DNA of 64,000 nucleotides from an uncultured cyanobacterium (GCA_963807635.1 CAWEDJ010000073.1:1-64000), one strand, 5' to 3'. Shown: positions 32,558 to 44,476, counted from the first letter of the stretch. Translations and numbers: made by a program. The notes: generated from the sequence alone by a model not told the origin.

Positions 32558-33803
32558 CTAAATACTCATTCCTAAATATTTAGCAACGGTTTGCACATCC
32601 TTATCACCCCGTCCTGAGCAATTAATCACAATCCGAGGACTGCCCGTTAATTGGGGACAAAGTATGTCTAAATAGGCGATCGCGTGGGACGTTTCCAGGG
32701 CGGGAATAATGCCTTCCAATTCCGATAACCGTTGCAGAGCTTCTATCGCTTCTACATCGGTAATACTGTAATATTCTGCCCGTCCCGCATCTTTCAGATA
32801 ACTATGTTCGGGGCCAACGCCAGGATAATCTAACCCTGCACTGATGGAATGAGCCTCGACTACTTGACCTTCCTCGTCTTGCAATAAATAGCTCATGGCT
32901 CCGTGCAAAACCCCTGGACGGCCTTTGGTGAGAGTTGCTGCGTGTTTACCAGAAATAATACTTTCTCCTGCGGCTTCTACCCCAATAATCCGCACAGAAG
33001 AATCTTTGAGGAACTCATAAAACAAACCCATTGCATTAGAGCCACCGCCCACACAGGCTAACAAAATATCGGGTAAACCGCCCCATTTTTCTAAACACTG
33101 TTCACGGGTTTCTAGACCAATGACATGATGAAAATCGCGCACCATCATGGGGTAAGGATGGGGGCCAGCGACCGACCCCAAAATGTAATGGGTGGTTTCT
33201 ACGTTTGTGACCCAATCTCGAATGGCTTCTGAGGTGGCATCCTTCAGCGTCCCTGTTCCTGCTACGACGGGTTGAACTTTTGCGCCTAAAAGATTCATGC
33301 GAAAAACATTCAATTTCTGACGTTCCATATCTTGAACGCCCATATAAATGATACATTCCAAGCCAAAACGAGCGCAGACGGTGGCAGTGGCCACACCATG
33401 CTGTCCTGCTCCTGTTTCTGCAATAATCCGCTTTTTACCCATGCGTTTGGCTAATAAGACCTGACCCAGGGCATTATTAATTTTGTGCGCTCCTGTATGG
33501 TTCAAATCTTCTCGTTTCAGGTAAATTTGGGGGCCACTGCCATCGGGTTTGGCGTAATGTTCCGTTAGTCTTTCGGCAAAATAAAGCGGGCTGGGTCTGC
33601 CGACGTAATCTTTTAATAATCCCTGGAGTTCTTTGAGAAAAGCGGGATCATCTTTGTATTGACTGTAGGCCGTTTTCTAGCTCACTCAGGGCGGGCATGA
33701 GGGTTTCAGGGACATATTTGCCACCATAGCGGCCAAAACGACCAAAGGCATCGGGATACTGAGTATTAACGGAAGGGACGGTCGCGAGGGGTGTAGTGGT
33801 CAC
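32558..33803 (-). CDS. trpB: tryptophan synthase beta chain, 1-bp frameshift at ~33675
   Basis: [15 protein letters not shown] upstream of the break; [31 protein letters not shown]. Confidence 0.92.
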
Positions 33804-34026
33804 GATGGCTATTAGGAAAGATTGAAGAGTTAGGTGGTTAGCTTTTTATTATCGTCAATTCTGAGAGGGAATGGAACGACTCAAAAATGCTTTTGTCTTA
33901 TTGGCATTATAAAACACGGACATACCATCTCAGAAGCGATTTGAGAAGATAATTTTACCTGTATTTTGATGAACAATGGAATAAACGATAAAATATAATC
34001 CAATCCCTGCTCCTTATGCTACCCCT

Positions 34027-34692
34027 ATGTTGATTCTCCGCCCCGAAGAACGCACGAAGCTCGATCGCACCAATGATACGGATTTCTATGCTTTTCCCCG
34101 TTTTGTTACCCATGTAGATGCTAATTTTATTGACCAACTGACCAATCTTTATCGCGATCGCCTCAAACCCCAGACCCGAATTTTAGACCTGATGAGTAGT
34201 TGGGTGTCCCATTTGCCCGAAGAGATGGAATTTGCTCACGTAGAAGGTCACGGAATGAATGCCGAAGAATTAGCTAAAAATTCTCGACTAAATCATTATT
34301 TTCTGCAAAATCTCAATCAATCGCCCCAGATTCCCCTAAAAGATGAAGATTTTGATGCGGTTTTAATAGCGGTTTCTGTGCAGTATTTGGAATATCCCGA
34401 AGCGATTTTTAGTGAAATTCATCGTATTTTAAAACCCGATGGCATCGTGATTATTAGTTTTTCTAATCGGATGTTTTACCAAAAGGCGATCGCAACCTGG
34501 CGAGAAGGAACGGATCTGAGTCATCTTCAATTGGTAAAATCCTATTTCCAAGGTGTTCCTGGCTTTAGTTCACCCGAAATTATTAGTAAATCTAATCCTT
34601 TGCCTGGCTTTTTACAACTCTTAGGAATCGCTAGTCCCGATCCCTTCTATGCGGTTATTGCGTCAAAAGTTTCAATAAATAAGGAAAAATAA
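34027..34692 (+). CDS. class I SAM-dependent methyltransferase
   Basis: PRFVTHVD, ILDLMSSWVSHLP, SFSNRMF. Confidence 0.8.
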   Translation: MLILRPEERTKLDRTNDTDFYAFPRFVTHVDANFIDQLTNLYRDRLKPQTRILDLMSSWVSHLPEEMEFAHVEGHGMNAEELAKNSRLNHYFLQNLNQSPQIPLKDEDFDAVLIAVSVQYLEYPEAIFSEIHRILKPDGIVIISFSNRMFYQKAIATWREGTDLSHLQLVKSYFQGVPGFSSPEIISKSNPLPGFLQLLGIASPDPFYAVIASKVSINKEK

Positions 34693-34711
34693 TCTAGCAA
34701 AATTTAGCGAA

Positions 34712-34849
34712 TACAGCCTTTTGTGTCTAAATTTTATTTAAGATTCAAGACATAATATTGTGGATAAATTTTGTAAAAAATCAAGGACATAATATATTAT
34801 GTCCCTACAAGTATTTTTGTTTGTCATCCCAACTTAAATAAGCTGCTGT
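34712..34849. repeat. REP/MITE-like family B copy
   Basis: TACAGC...GCTGT ends, core GGACATAATATATTATGTCCCTACA at 34785-34809, between convergent genes. Confidence 0.65.
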
Positions 34850-34877
34850 CAATAGATTGGGAGAATTGAATTTAGGA

Positions 34878-36653
34878 TTATTTATTCAAGCTAAATTGAG
34901 CAGAATTTTCTGTTAATCGTTTGCTTTCCGAACTGCTGATGGATTTTAATTTTTGAGTCATTTCTCCACTTATTAAGACAATCAAAATCCATTGTCCCAA
35001 TAAAGCCATTACGGAACCAATTCCAAAGATTAATTGTCCCCCAACCATCGGCATAAAGGTCAAAAACCAAATACTAGAAATGGAGGTAAATCTGGCTCCA
35101 ACAATCACGACAGCAATTAAAGGAAAAATTGTTAGCATCGCGAGGACTGAAACGGCTCCTATTAGTCTGTTTGAAGTTTTGAGTAATAACAATCGCTGAA
35201 AAATCAGGGCATAAAATAGATTAATACTTAATCCTAATAGTAACCCCATCATCACGGCTAATCGATAATTTTCTAAGGGAAAAATCAGAGTAGCAGGTAG
35301 AGTATATAAAAAGACAATTCCCCCATTGACAGCGATCGCCACACTCGAAGGGCTTTGTTCACCCCAAATCAAATCTTTAATAAGAGAACGCGGGGTTTGA
35401 CTAAGTTGATGGCGATGACGCGCCCAATCCTGAAGGGTTTGTCGTTGGGGACTCAAGGCTCCTGTCAACACCATAAAGCAAGCAAAGATTAAAAATTGCA
35501 GAATGACAAAATTGTAGTACAAAGGTGTGGAAGATGTTGATTGGGGGACAAAACCCAAGGTAATAACAATAAAACTGAGGGTTAAACCGTAACTCTGTTT
35601 TTTACTCAGCCACACACTATGGGGACGGCGAAAACGGCGATTAATTGCTTGGGTAATGCCATACGTCCAGATTCCGTAATTGATCAACATAAAGGCGATC
35701 GCACTCCAGGCATAGTTAAAAATCGGCTGGCCATACCAGAGTAATTGAGTTAAATTAGCATCTCCTAAATAGGTGACGGTTTTAAAGGGTAAAAAGGTAG
35801 ATTGGGCCAAATAAACTAATGCTTTACCTGGGTAAAACAAGCCCGCCCAATCCAGAGGACTATGGGAACCGCCGTGATCGCCCCAGAGAGTCATTCCCAT
35901 CATAATCATTAGATAAAATAACAATCCACCACTGACGGCAAAAGAATGGAAAGAGACAGATTTAGAATTAATTAATCCTATTAATAAAGCTAGGTGAAAA
36001 AAGAAGGCACAACTAGCAATCAGTACACCATAGAAAGCCAGAATTAAAAGGATAGGAATATTCGCCAGGATTCCCGCAACAAAATGAAGTGGAATAGTTA
36101 AAAAAGTTAACCAATAGAGTAAAGCAGGAACACCTAAAAGTTTACCCAAAAAAATGGTTTTGACGGATTGGGGACTCAGGCGAATAAAGTTCAAAGTTCC
36201 CCGTCTTTGCTCTTTAGCGAGATCCGCAATCAACAGATAGGTTCCTACCACCAATAAAATCGTAATACCAATAACGCTGACGGTTGTAAATAAATCTAGC
36301 CACCAGAGTTGCCAATTAATGACCGCCTGACCCAAAAGATCTTTTGTGCAGAAATGCTCAGTAATATAGTTATTTGAAGGATCATAGTTATTCCAATCTG
36401 GCGGTGGACTGCCTAAGCAATAACGGTCATAGGAACGTCTTGAATCTAAGGGTAGAGAACTGACAAACAGAAAACAAAGGGCAATTTGTCCTAAAATTCC
36501 TATTGCCGATACCAGTAAAACATTACGAAGATTGAAGCGACTCTTTAATTCTCGAAAGAGTTGGGGGTTAAAGTCTCCTGCCCTTTCAATGAATTGGTCA
36601 ATAAATTTGTTTAAGATAGAAACCATTAAGGTAATACTCTCCTGAATTGACAT
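34878..36653 (-). CDS. ABC-2-type transporter permease-like membrane protein
   Basis: NPQLFRELK, EQRRGTLNFIRLSP...GKLLGVP, many TMs; downstream of an ABC ATPase. Confidence 0.75.
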   Translation of the reverse strand: MSIQESITLMVSILNKFIDQFIERAGDFNPQLFRELKSRFNLRNVLLVSAIGILGQIALCFLFVSSLPLDSRRSYDRYCLGSPPPDWNNYDPSNNYITEHFCTKDLLGQAVINWQLWWLDLFTTVSVIGITILLVVGTYLLIADLAKEQRRGTLNFIRLSPQSVKTIFLGKLLGVPALLYWLTFLTIPLHFVAGILANIPILLILAFYGVLIASCAFFFHLALLIGLINSKSVSFHSFAVSGGLLFYLMIMMGMTLWGDHGGSHSPLDWAGLFYPGKALVYLAQSTFLPFKTVTYLGDANLTQLLWYGQPIFNYAWSAIAFMLINYGIWTYGITQAINRRFRRPHSVWLSKKQSYGLTLSFIVITLGFVPQSTSSTPLYYNFVILQFLIFACFMVLTGALSPQRQTLQDWARHRHQLSQTPRSLIKDLIWGEQSPSSVAIAVNGGIVFLYTLPATLIFPLENYRLAVMMGLLLGLSINLFYALIFQRLLLLKTSNRLIGAVSVLAMLTIFPLIAVVIVGARFTSISSIWFLTFMPMVGGQLIFGIGSVMALLGQWILIVLISGEMTQKLKSISSSESKRLTENSAQFSLNK

Positions 36654-36673
36654 AAATTTAAAATAAACTTTTT

Positions 36674-37623
36674 TTAGGACGCTTGTTGATGTCCTAGCTT
36701 TAAGAAAATCGTTTCTAAGTCCTCTTGACTGGTATGAAATTCTGTAATCGGTAATCCTGCTAAAATCAGCGATCGCAGTAAATTAGCACTGTCCTCTAGG
36801 TTTCCTGTAAAATCAACTTTAACTTGCTGAGAGTCGGGAATTATTTCACAGTTTTCTACCCAGGAATATTGTTTTAATTCTTGAATTAATGCCTGGGGAT
36901 TATTTAAAATACCAATATGAATTTGTTGATGGGACAATCGTTCGTACAACGTTTTGAGAGAGGCACTTTCAACCAAAGATCCTAATTCCATAATACCAAT
37001 TGAAGTACAAAGTTCTGCTAAATCACTAAGAACATGGGACGAAATTAAAATTGTCATCCCCGCACTTTGTAACACCTTAATAATTTCTCTAAACTGCATC
37101 CGAGCAATGGGATCTAAACCCGATACGGGTTCATCAAGTAATAATAAAATTGGTTCATGAATAATGGTTCTGGCTAAACTTAACCGTTGTTTCATTCCCC
37201 TCGATAACGTGGCAATAATACTATGTCTTTTACTGGTTAATTGGACTAATTCTAAAACTTCCTCTAAACGGCGGCGACGATGGGGCGTTTGTAAAAAATA
37301 TAAGCGAGCAAAATAATCCAAATAATCCCAGACGGTTAATTCTTCATAGAGGGGAAAATCGTCGGGCAAATAGCCAATATACTGCTTAAGCCGTAGATTG
37401 CTGTCTTCTTTAATAATACGATCGCCGTATAGATAAATTTCTCCCACTGTAGCCTCTTCGGCCATTGCCAAAAGACGGATCAAAGTGGTTTTGCCCGCAC
37501 CATTGGGCCAATTAATCCGTAAACTTCGCCTTCAGCCACTTCTAGGTCGATATTTTTAACGGCAATATGGCGTTCAAACTGCTTGGTTAATCCATCGGTT
37601 GCGATCGCGTTGGTGTCTCCCAT
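36674..37623 (-). CDS. ABC transporter ATP-binding protein, frameshift at ~37506
   Basis: ATG 37623 ...EVYGLIGP/NGAGKTT after a 1-bp correction; LSRGMKQR, LLDEP. Confidence 0.85.
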
Positions 37624-37830
37624 CAGGTCACTCCCTCATTGTGACTATCGTTAGCTTAACCCGTCTTTTTGAATTTTGTGAAATCGGCGATCGGTTCCGC
37701 AATATTTTGAAATGAAGTTAAATAATCCTGATGCCGTCTCAAAAGACTAGGGATAGATCAATTATAATCATTAACAGAATTGCCATTGTTAGTTTGTAAA
37801 TCTTCTGTATTTTATTAATTGATTTGATTT

Positions 37831-38205
37831 ATGTTATTTTTAACTTCCCAGGAAATCGCCCAATATCGTTCCCAACTAGCTCTGTTTCCCGATGCCCTAT
37901 TAGCTCTAGATTGTATTGAAGATTGTGAAGGAAATATTGAAGATGCGGCCCTAACGTTAGCGATCCAAGTTGGTCAACAGCCTGATCGCACCGATTGGTT
38001 AGATGGATTAGCAAAACGTTGTCGTGTGGAGATTTGTCGCTCAGAGTTTCGCGATAAATTATTAGCAGGAAATATTACTACCGCAGTTGAATGTTTAATC
38101 GAAACAAAAATCTGTCCTAAAGTATTAGTAACACCAGTTATTTTATATGTCTTAAAATCAGGTATCGAAAGCTTTTGTGAACCCTTAACTTTTAAATTAG
38201 TTTAG
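37831..38205 (+). CDS. conserved cyanobacterial hypothetical protein
   Basis: ALDCIEDCEGNIEDAA motif; upstream of pilD. Confidence 0.65.
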   Translation: MLFLTSQEIAQYRSQLALFPDALLALDCIEDCEGNIEDAALTLAIQVGQQPDRTDWLDGLAKRCRVEICRSEFRDKLLAGNITTAVECLIETKICPKVLVTPVILYVLKSGIESFCEPLTFKLV

Positions 38206-38217
38206 GAATAAAAAACT

Positions 38218-39030
38218 TTGATGGATAATATTCTTTTTCTTTTTACATACATTTTTGTTTTTATCTTTGGAGCCTCCATTGGTAGTTTTTTAAATGTTGT
38301 TATTTATCGAATTCCTGCGAATATTTCTCTAATTTATCCCCCTTCCCGTTGTCCCAGTTGTTATCATACCTTGGGGAAAACTGAAAATGTCCCCGTCTTT
38401 GGATGGCTCTGGTTAAAGGGAAAATGTCGTTGGTGTCAGACTTCTATTTCTGCTCGTTATCCCACCATAGAAGCGATTACAGGTTTAATCTTTTGTCTGG
38501 TATTCTGGCAGTTTGGTTTCACCTTAAACACCCTGGGAAATTGGATTTTAATTAGTTGGTTGTTGGCGTTGTCACTAATTGACTGGGATACGATGACGTT
38601 GCCAGGGAGTTTAACGAAATCAGGTTTAGTGGTAGGCGTTGTTTTCCAAGGAATTCAGGGTTGGCAAACAGGGACTTTTCCCCAATCTTTTGTTTTGGCG
38701 ATCGCGAGTGCGGTTTTAGGATTATGGTTATTTGATCTAATTCGATTAATTGGAACGCTTTTTTTAGGACAAGTGGCAATGGGAGACGGTGATCCCAAAT
38801 TAGCCGCAATGATCGGAGCTTGGTTAGGCTGGAAATACCTTTTATTAACGGCATTATTAGCCTGTGGATTAGGGGCTATGGTGGGAGGAGGCGCGATCGC
38901 GTTAGGACTCTTAAAAAAAAGACAGGGGTTTCCCTTTGGCCCTTTTTTAGCAGGAGGAGCATTATTAAGTATTTTTTTCGGACAGGCAATAATTACAGCG
39001 TATATTCAATTCTTTTTACCGATTTTTTAA
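38218..39030 (+). CDS. pilD: prepilin peptidase
   Basis: GSFLNVVIYRIP, CPSC...CRWC, MGDGDPKL, PFGPFL. Confidence 0.93.
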   Translation: MMDNILFLFTYIFVFIFGASIGSFLNVVIYRIPANISLIYPPSRCPSCYHTLGKTENVPVFGWLWLKGKCRWCQTSISARYPTIEAITGLIFCLVFWQFGFTLNTLGNWILISWLLALSLIDWDTMTLPGSLTKSGLVVGVVFQGIQGWQTGTFPQSFVLAIASAVLGLWLFDLIRLIGTLFLGQVAMGDGDPKLAAMIGAWLGWKYLLLTALLACGLGAMVGGGAIALGLLKKRQGFPFGPFLAGGALLSIFFGQAIITAYIQFFLPIF

Positions 39031-39448
39031 GTGATTTTCATTGCCTAAGTCTGAAATGGGCAAAATAAGGGCGATTACCACTTCAATTTTTTCGGATTAG
39101 ACGCGATCGCAATCCATTTTTTGATTGCATATTTAGGGAGAGGTGATCGCATTTAGTGCCAGTGTTGAAGTCTTCTAGTAATTTTTATTGCTTAAGGATT
39201 GAGACAAAAAAGGGCGATCGCTTTTTTAAATCTAGGAGAGGGTTATTTCTTTCTTCTAAAATCATCTATATCTCATATCTTAATACAATCAGGTGAATGA
39301 CATTACTAACTTGTTCAAGTAGTTTTTGGGCATTTTTTCTATCGGGAATTATTCAGAATATTTCTGCTTTTTGTTCTTTAGGAGGTGACTAGGCGGAAAA
39401 TGTCGGTACAATAAATAGTTATACCTCTCTTACTACTAAATATTAATT

Positions 39449-40678
39449 ATGCTTGAACCTCAAGAAAACAATATAGAAACCTTGGCAAAGACTTTTTTAC
39501 AAAAATTAGTGGCTATCTACCATGATCCTCTTTATAAATATCTTAAAAAGAATACGCAATTAATACAAACATTTCCAGGATTTTTGTTAAATCCTGAATC
39601 AGTAATTGTTTATATAGGTAGAACCCATATAGCCATAGAATATGTTGGCCCAGAAACAGTAGAAATTTTAAAAACTGCTGGGCAAATAAATATGCAATAT
39701 TACGATTATACTAGTGAAGATTGTAATTTATTAGAAAAAATAATTGGCTTTGAATACGATAGTACTTATGGACTCGATATACCTTTGTCAGTTGATATTT
39801 ATGAGAACTTCCTCTTACCAACCAACAAAGGATGGGTTAAACTATCAGAACTTAAATGGAATCTTGATGCGCAGGATAGTATTATGTTAATGAATGCTCC
39901 CTGTCCGAAGGTGATGTCTGGAGATTTTGTTCGTATAATTAATGGGATGTTTTTCGACAGTAACTCAAGTGGACTAGTGACGAGACGAATAAAATGGTTG
40001 GACTTTTTTCCAATAAATTTCACTGACAAAGGAGAAACATTTTCTATTGAATTTAAGTTAGAATACATGAAAAAATTTATAAAAAATGATGCTCATTACG
40101 AATTTCCAATGCCTAAAGAATTTAGAAACATAAAACTTCCAAAAATTAATAGGTTTATTGAGATTTGGGGGAATAATAATAGTTCTGAGCCTGACATTAC
40201 TTCTTTTCTTGCAAATAAAAATAATGAGTTTATTTTGACCATGAAATTTGGTGCCATTGCGTGCCACGATGAGTTAACCTGTGAATGGCAAAGCGAAAAA
40301 AGAGATAATATACGACCCGATTTCTTTGTCGTTCAACCAAATGGATATGCTGATATAGTTGAGTTTAAATTACCAGAGATTAAAGGGAATGCTATCGTAG
40401 GGAAACAAAATAGAGAATCATTTTCTTCTACTATCAACTCATACATTTCTCAAACAAGATGTTACTCGACATATTTTGAAGACCCAAATAACAGGAAATG
40501 GTTTGAAAACAAATACGGTTTTAAGGTTTATTCCCCAAAAAGATGGTTGGTAATCGGAAGAAGAAGTGACTTTTCATCAGATGTATGGCGAGAAATAATT
40601 AGTGGTTATAAAGACATTGAAATCTTAACTTTCGACGACCTTATTGATGGTGTTTGTATTCAGTTTTACAAAAGTTGA
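39449..40678 (+). CDS. Shedu (SduA/DUF4263)-like PD-(D/E)xK nuclease with uncharacterised N-terminal domain
   Basis: EPDITSFL...RPDFFV...IVEFKLP...SQTRCY...WLVIGRR...IEILTFDDL; AT-rich, no HIP1. Confidence 0.7.
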   Translation: MLEPQENNIETLAKTFLQKLVAIYHDPLYKYLKKNTQLIQTFPGFLLNPESVIVYIGRTHIAIEYVGPETVEILKTAGQINMQYYDYTSEDCNLLEKIIGFEYDSTYGLDIPLSVDIYENFLLPTNKGWVKLSELKWNLDAQDSIMLMNAPCPKVMSGDFVRIINGMFFDSNSSGLVTRRIKWLDFFPINFTDKGETFSIEFKLEYMKKFIKNDAHYEFPMPKEFRNIKLPKINRFIEIWGNNNSSEPDITSFLANKNNEFILTMKFGAIACHDELTCEWQSEKRDNIRPDFFVVQPNGYADIVEFKLPEIKGNAIVGKQNRESFSSTINSYISQTRCYSTYFEDPNNRKWFENKYGFKVYSPKRWLVIGRRSDFSSDVWREIISGYKDIEILTFDDLIDGVCIQFYKS

Positions 40679-41117
40679 ACGTACAGGGATATTGATATAA
40701 AAAATAAATACTACGGATGCGTAAATAGTAAATACGCCGCAGATTTTGAGGAATTAGATCTACGCCAATGTCGTCGAGATAATCGAAAGCTTCAAGCATA
40801 ATCGTTGATCTGTAGACTGAATTGACAATAGTAAACCTAATATCCCACGAAAAATCAAATTTATTAAAGCGATCGCCCTTTGGGAATGAGACTTTTTAAA
40901 ACGCGATCGCATTTTCCAGATTATTTATAACCGCGATCGCAGTTTTTGCTTGAAATTATAAAAAATAGAACTTTCTTATTGGTCTTTTTACCAAAATCTA
41001 TCACTGAATAATATTTCTACCTCGTTAGGAAACGGACAATAATCAGGAAAAATAACACTGAGATAAATAGCTTTAACGTTTTCGGTTAAAGTCCGCTTCC
41101 ATTCACTTAGGTTAGAT

Positions 41118-42054
41118 TTACAATTTCACTAAACCATGAATCAGGGGCAAACTATCAATAATCATCGCAAGACACAATAACATCATATAAAAGATAGAAA
41201 ACTTGAACAGCGATCTCGCTTTTTCCTTATCCATCGGTTCTTGTTTTAATTGCCAAGCCTTATAAATAAATTGATAACCCAAAATAGCGGCGGCTAGGGC
41301 GTAAAAAATGCCTGATTGATGCAAAGGATAAACTAACAGAAAACTGAAGGGAACAACGATCAGAGTATAAATCCAAATTTGCTTAACCGTTGCTTCTTCC
41401 CCTTCAATCACGGGTAACATGGGGACATTGACCTGGGCATAATCATCCTTGATCATCAACGCCAAGGCCCAGAAATGGGGAGGAGTCCAGAGAAAAATAA
41501 GCGTAAATAAGATCCAGGGAGTCCAACTCAGATCACCCGTTACCGCCGCCCAACCGACGAGGGGAGGAATCGCACCCGCCGCGCCACCAATGACAATATT
41601 TTGGGTACTATGACGTTTGAGAAAATGGGTATAAATCAGCATATAGAAGCCAATACCCGATAGAGCCAGTAACGCACTAAAAACATTGATAAAAACGGCT
41701 AATAGGCTAAAGGAAAGCATTCCCAAGACTAATCCGAAAATCAGCGCGTGACTGGGTTGAACCCGACCAGATGGCAGGGGACGTTCTCTCGTCCGTAACA
41801 TTTCATAATCAATGTCCTGGTCATACACACAGTTAAAGGTTTGGGCAAAGGCCTGCGGCGAGGGTTCCTCCCATTAGGGTAATAACCAGTTGCAAAGGAT
41901 CAATCCGTCCTTGGGATGCGATCCACATTGAAGCCGCCGTTGTAATCAATAGGAGGGGAATAATACGAGGTTTGGTCAATTGATAATAGCTTTTTACCAC
42001 TTCTAGAAAATTTTCGTGGTGACGGTCAACTTTCGTAATAATAACCATTGTCAA
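41118..42054 (-). CDS. ctaB: protoheme IX farnesyltransferase (heme O synthase), frameshift at ~41851
   Basis: LTKPRII, DQDID...[38 protein letters not shown]. Confidence 0.9.
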
Positions 42055-42077
42055 TTTTAAAAATTATGGATTTTGGA

Positions 42078-43037
42078 TTATAACTGATTACTTGTTAGCA
42101 AAGACTGTTCATGGGGAACCGTCAAGCGATCGCGGACAGCCAGGGTGGAAAAAGCAATGAGGGTTCCAAACAGGGATGCTCCGACTAAATGATGGGCAAC
42201 GGTCAGAGGTTCGACCTGTAAATGTAAGCGGAGAGTCGCCACCCCTAGTAGGATTTGCACCAGCAGTAATCCACCCGTCGTTAACGCGATTTTTCGGAAA
42301 ATGAGATTTAAATTCGGACTGCGTAAAGCGATAAAAACTAGGGTTACAGTTGCCAGGGTTGCAGGAACAACTCCGATCAAATGATTATTCATCACGTTAC
42401 ACAGTTCAGATAAGGTCACATTGAGACACTGATGAACGGCCCAACGGGAGCCGACTAATCCCCCTAATAAACATTGAGCATAGACTAAACTTGTTGCGAC
42501 GATGCCTATTCCTGTTAATTGTCCACTGATAGGGGTTGATGGATGAGGGGTTGCACTCGGCATTAAACAAAGGGCGATCGCGATCAAACTTGCGAAAAAA
42601 ATCAACGCTGTCCCCAGATGGGCGGTGACAATATCAAAACGCAGTAATTGAGTGACGGTTAATCCCCCTAAAACCCCTTGGAATAAAATTAAGGTTAGTG
42701 AACCAAAAGCCGCCCAGGGTAGCCAGTTCGGGAGCGATCGCCGAAACCAAAGACTTAAACCGACTAAAGCTAGGGTACTCAAACCAATCAACGCCGCGTC
42801 CAGTCGATGAAACCATTCCAAAAAGACCTGAAGATTCATTTGCTGACTGGGGATCAGTTGTCCATAGCACAGGGGCCAATCGGGACAGGCTAAACCCGCA
42901 TTCATCACCCTCGTCGCGCTACCAACCGCCATTAACAGCAAAGTCGCGATCGCAATTTTCCAGACCAGACGGCGCATCCAGGTCTGAATCGAAGAGGACG
43001 AGTCATTTTCTTGACGGGGAAGAATAGATTCTGTCAT
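42078..43037 (-). CDS. ctaA: heme A synthase (COX15/CtaA)
   Basis: AGLACPDWPLCYG, EWFHRL, VTAHLG, VAHHLVG. Confidence 0.9.
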   Translation of the reverse strand: MTESILPRQENDSSSSIQTWMRRLVWKIAIATLLLMAVGSATRVMNAGLACPDWPLCYGQLIPSQQMNLQVFLEWFHRLDAALIGLSTLALVGLSLWFRRSLPNWLPWAAFGSLTLILFQGVLGGLTVTQLLRFDIVTAHLGTALIFFASLIAIALCLMPSATPHPSTPISGQLTGIGIVATSLVYAQCLLGGLVGSRWAVHQCLNVTLSELCNVMNNHLIGVVPATLATVTLVFIALRSPNLNLIFRKIALTTGGLLLVQILLGVATLRLHLQVEPLTVAHHLVGASLFGTLIAFSTLAVRDRLTVPHEQSLLTSNQL

Positions 43038-43365
43038 GGGCGTTTTGCGGTAGCGAGAAATTATAGTGTAGGAGCATTAATGTTTTTACACTGTCCGATT
43101 TTAACGGAGTCTATTCAAATTAGGTACAAATACTAGTCATCATTCTAAAAATCTTTAGATTTTCCCTGGGATCACGGGCCAAATTGCGATCAATTATGCA
43201 GTTTCTATTTGGGTCGGAACCCATTGCGTAGACTTTTAAAACTCAGTGCTTCAGAATTGTGTCTTCCCACTGGGGATAGATGATGCGATCGCTCCTCATC
43301 GTTTATTATTGTAACAAAACGGTAATTTTAAATCATTCTTCGACTCAAGAAACCAATTAAAAATT

Positions 43366-43572
43366 ATGTTATTAAAAGATAAGCGTGATGGAACCTTAAT
43401 CGCCATTGAAGATCCCATCAGTTTAATGAATCCATTTAAAAATAGTGTTGATGGTCGCATACAAGCAGGTGAAGAAGAACAACTCACTGAGGAATTTGCT
43501 AAGGATACGCTCATTTTTTTATCGGGAGAAAGTTTGCCCCGTTGTTGGGTAGATCCCCATTATCACAAGTAG
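43366..43572 (+). CDS. conserved small hypothetical protein
   Basis: AGEEEQ...F.SGESLPRCWVDPHY motif. Confidence 0.7.
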   Translation: MLLKDKRDGTLIAIEDPISLMNPFKNSVDGRIQAGEEEQLTEEFAKDTLIFLSGESLPRCWVDPHYHK

Positions 43573-43635
43573 AAGGTAATCGAGGGTTGTCAATTTTTAT
43601 GGGAGAAGATCTCGCAAATTTGGGGACTTAATTTT

Positions 43636-44476
43636 TCAAAATAACTCTTTATTTTTCGTCCTCACACGCTGATATAACTCTTCCATAACTTCTAAAAAAG
43701 AAAGATCTTTATGCCAAAAGGGTGGAAAATCTCCGCCTTTTTTGACGATCAGGGCAGGGATATTCACATTCAGAAGCCGTTTCAATTTCCTGGGGTAATC
43801 GCTTTTCTCCTAACCAAAATTCTCTCGGAGAAGCCAGGGTTGTCGGGACTATTTTTTTAGGTCGAGTGTAATAGGAATCAAGGGCGACGGGGGCAATTTC
43901 TTCAGAATTTAAGGCAGAAGAAAGGGCTTTTCCTAAAGGCGATCGCGCCAATTCTTCTTGTAATTCGGTGCGAGAAATTCCTCGTAATTCAAATAACAAA
44001 AAAGGATCTTGGTCTAATTCCGAAGCCACTAGATAGTAAACGCCTGCAATATGTTTACAGGGATTTTCCCAATCGGGGCAGGAACATTTGGTTTCAAAAT
44101 CTGCGTGGCTGTTGGGTAATAGGTGTAAATTGAGTTCAGCAAAGGTCTCTTCAATATTGTCAGGAACTTCATTCATCAACAGTTTGGAAATCAAACTCGC
44201 CTTTGATCCCAAATGGGAAATCACCTTTGACCAATCTCCAGGGGCGATCGCGGCAATTTCTATCGTTGTTTTATAGAGTGGTTCTTTATAAACGCCAAAA
44301 TAGGGATTAACTGATCCTCTAACCTTGGCCGTGATTTTACCGCCATTAATTTGATATTCCTTAATTTTGCCATTACGAGCATAGGAACGTCCCCGTCCTA
44401 ACCTGCCCGAATCCGTAAAGTCTTCTAAGGCTTCAATGAAGCGTTTTCCCCACCAAGTTCTGCTGAATTGTGACAT
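43636..44476 (-). CDS. SWIM zinc-finger protein, frameshift at ~43770
   Basis: TWWGKRFI, GRSYAR, CSCPDWENPCKH, DPFLLFELRG; the alternative frame ends KKGGDFPPFW...KNKELF*. Confidence 0.8.

Noticed and set aside
32558..33803. Programmed frameshifting or true pseudogenisation of trpB, ctaB, ftsH, bioY and others
   Set aside because: Many unrelated, otherwise intact genes show single-base breaks at homopolymer or GGCC contexts; sequencing error is more parsimonious.
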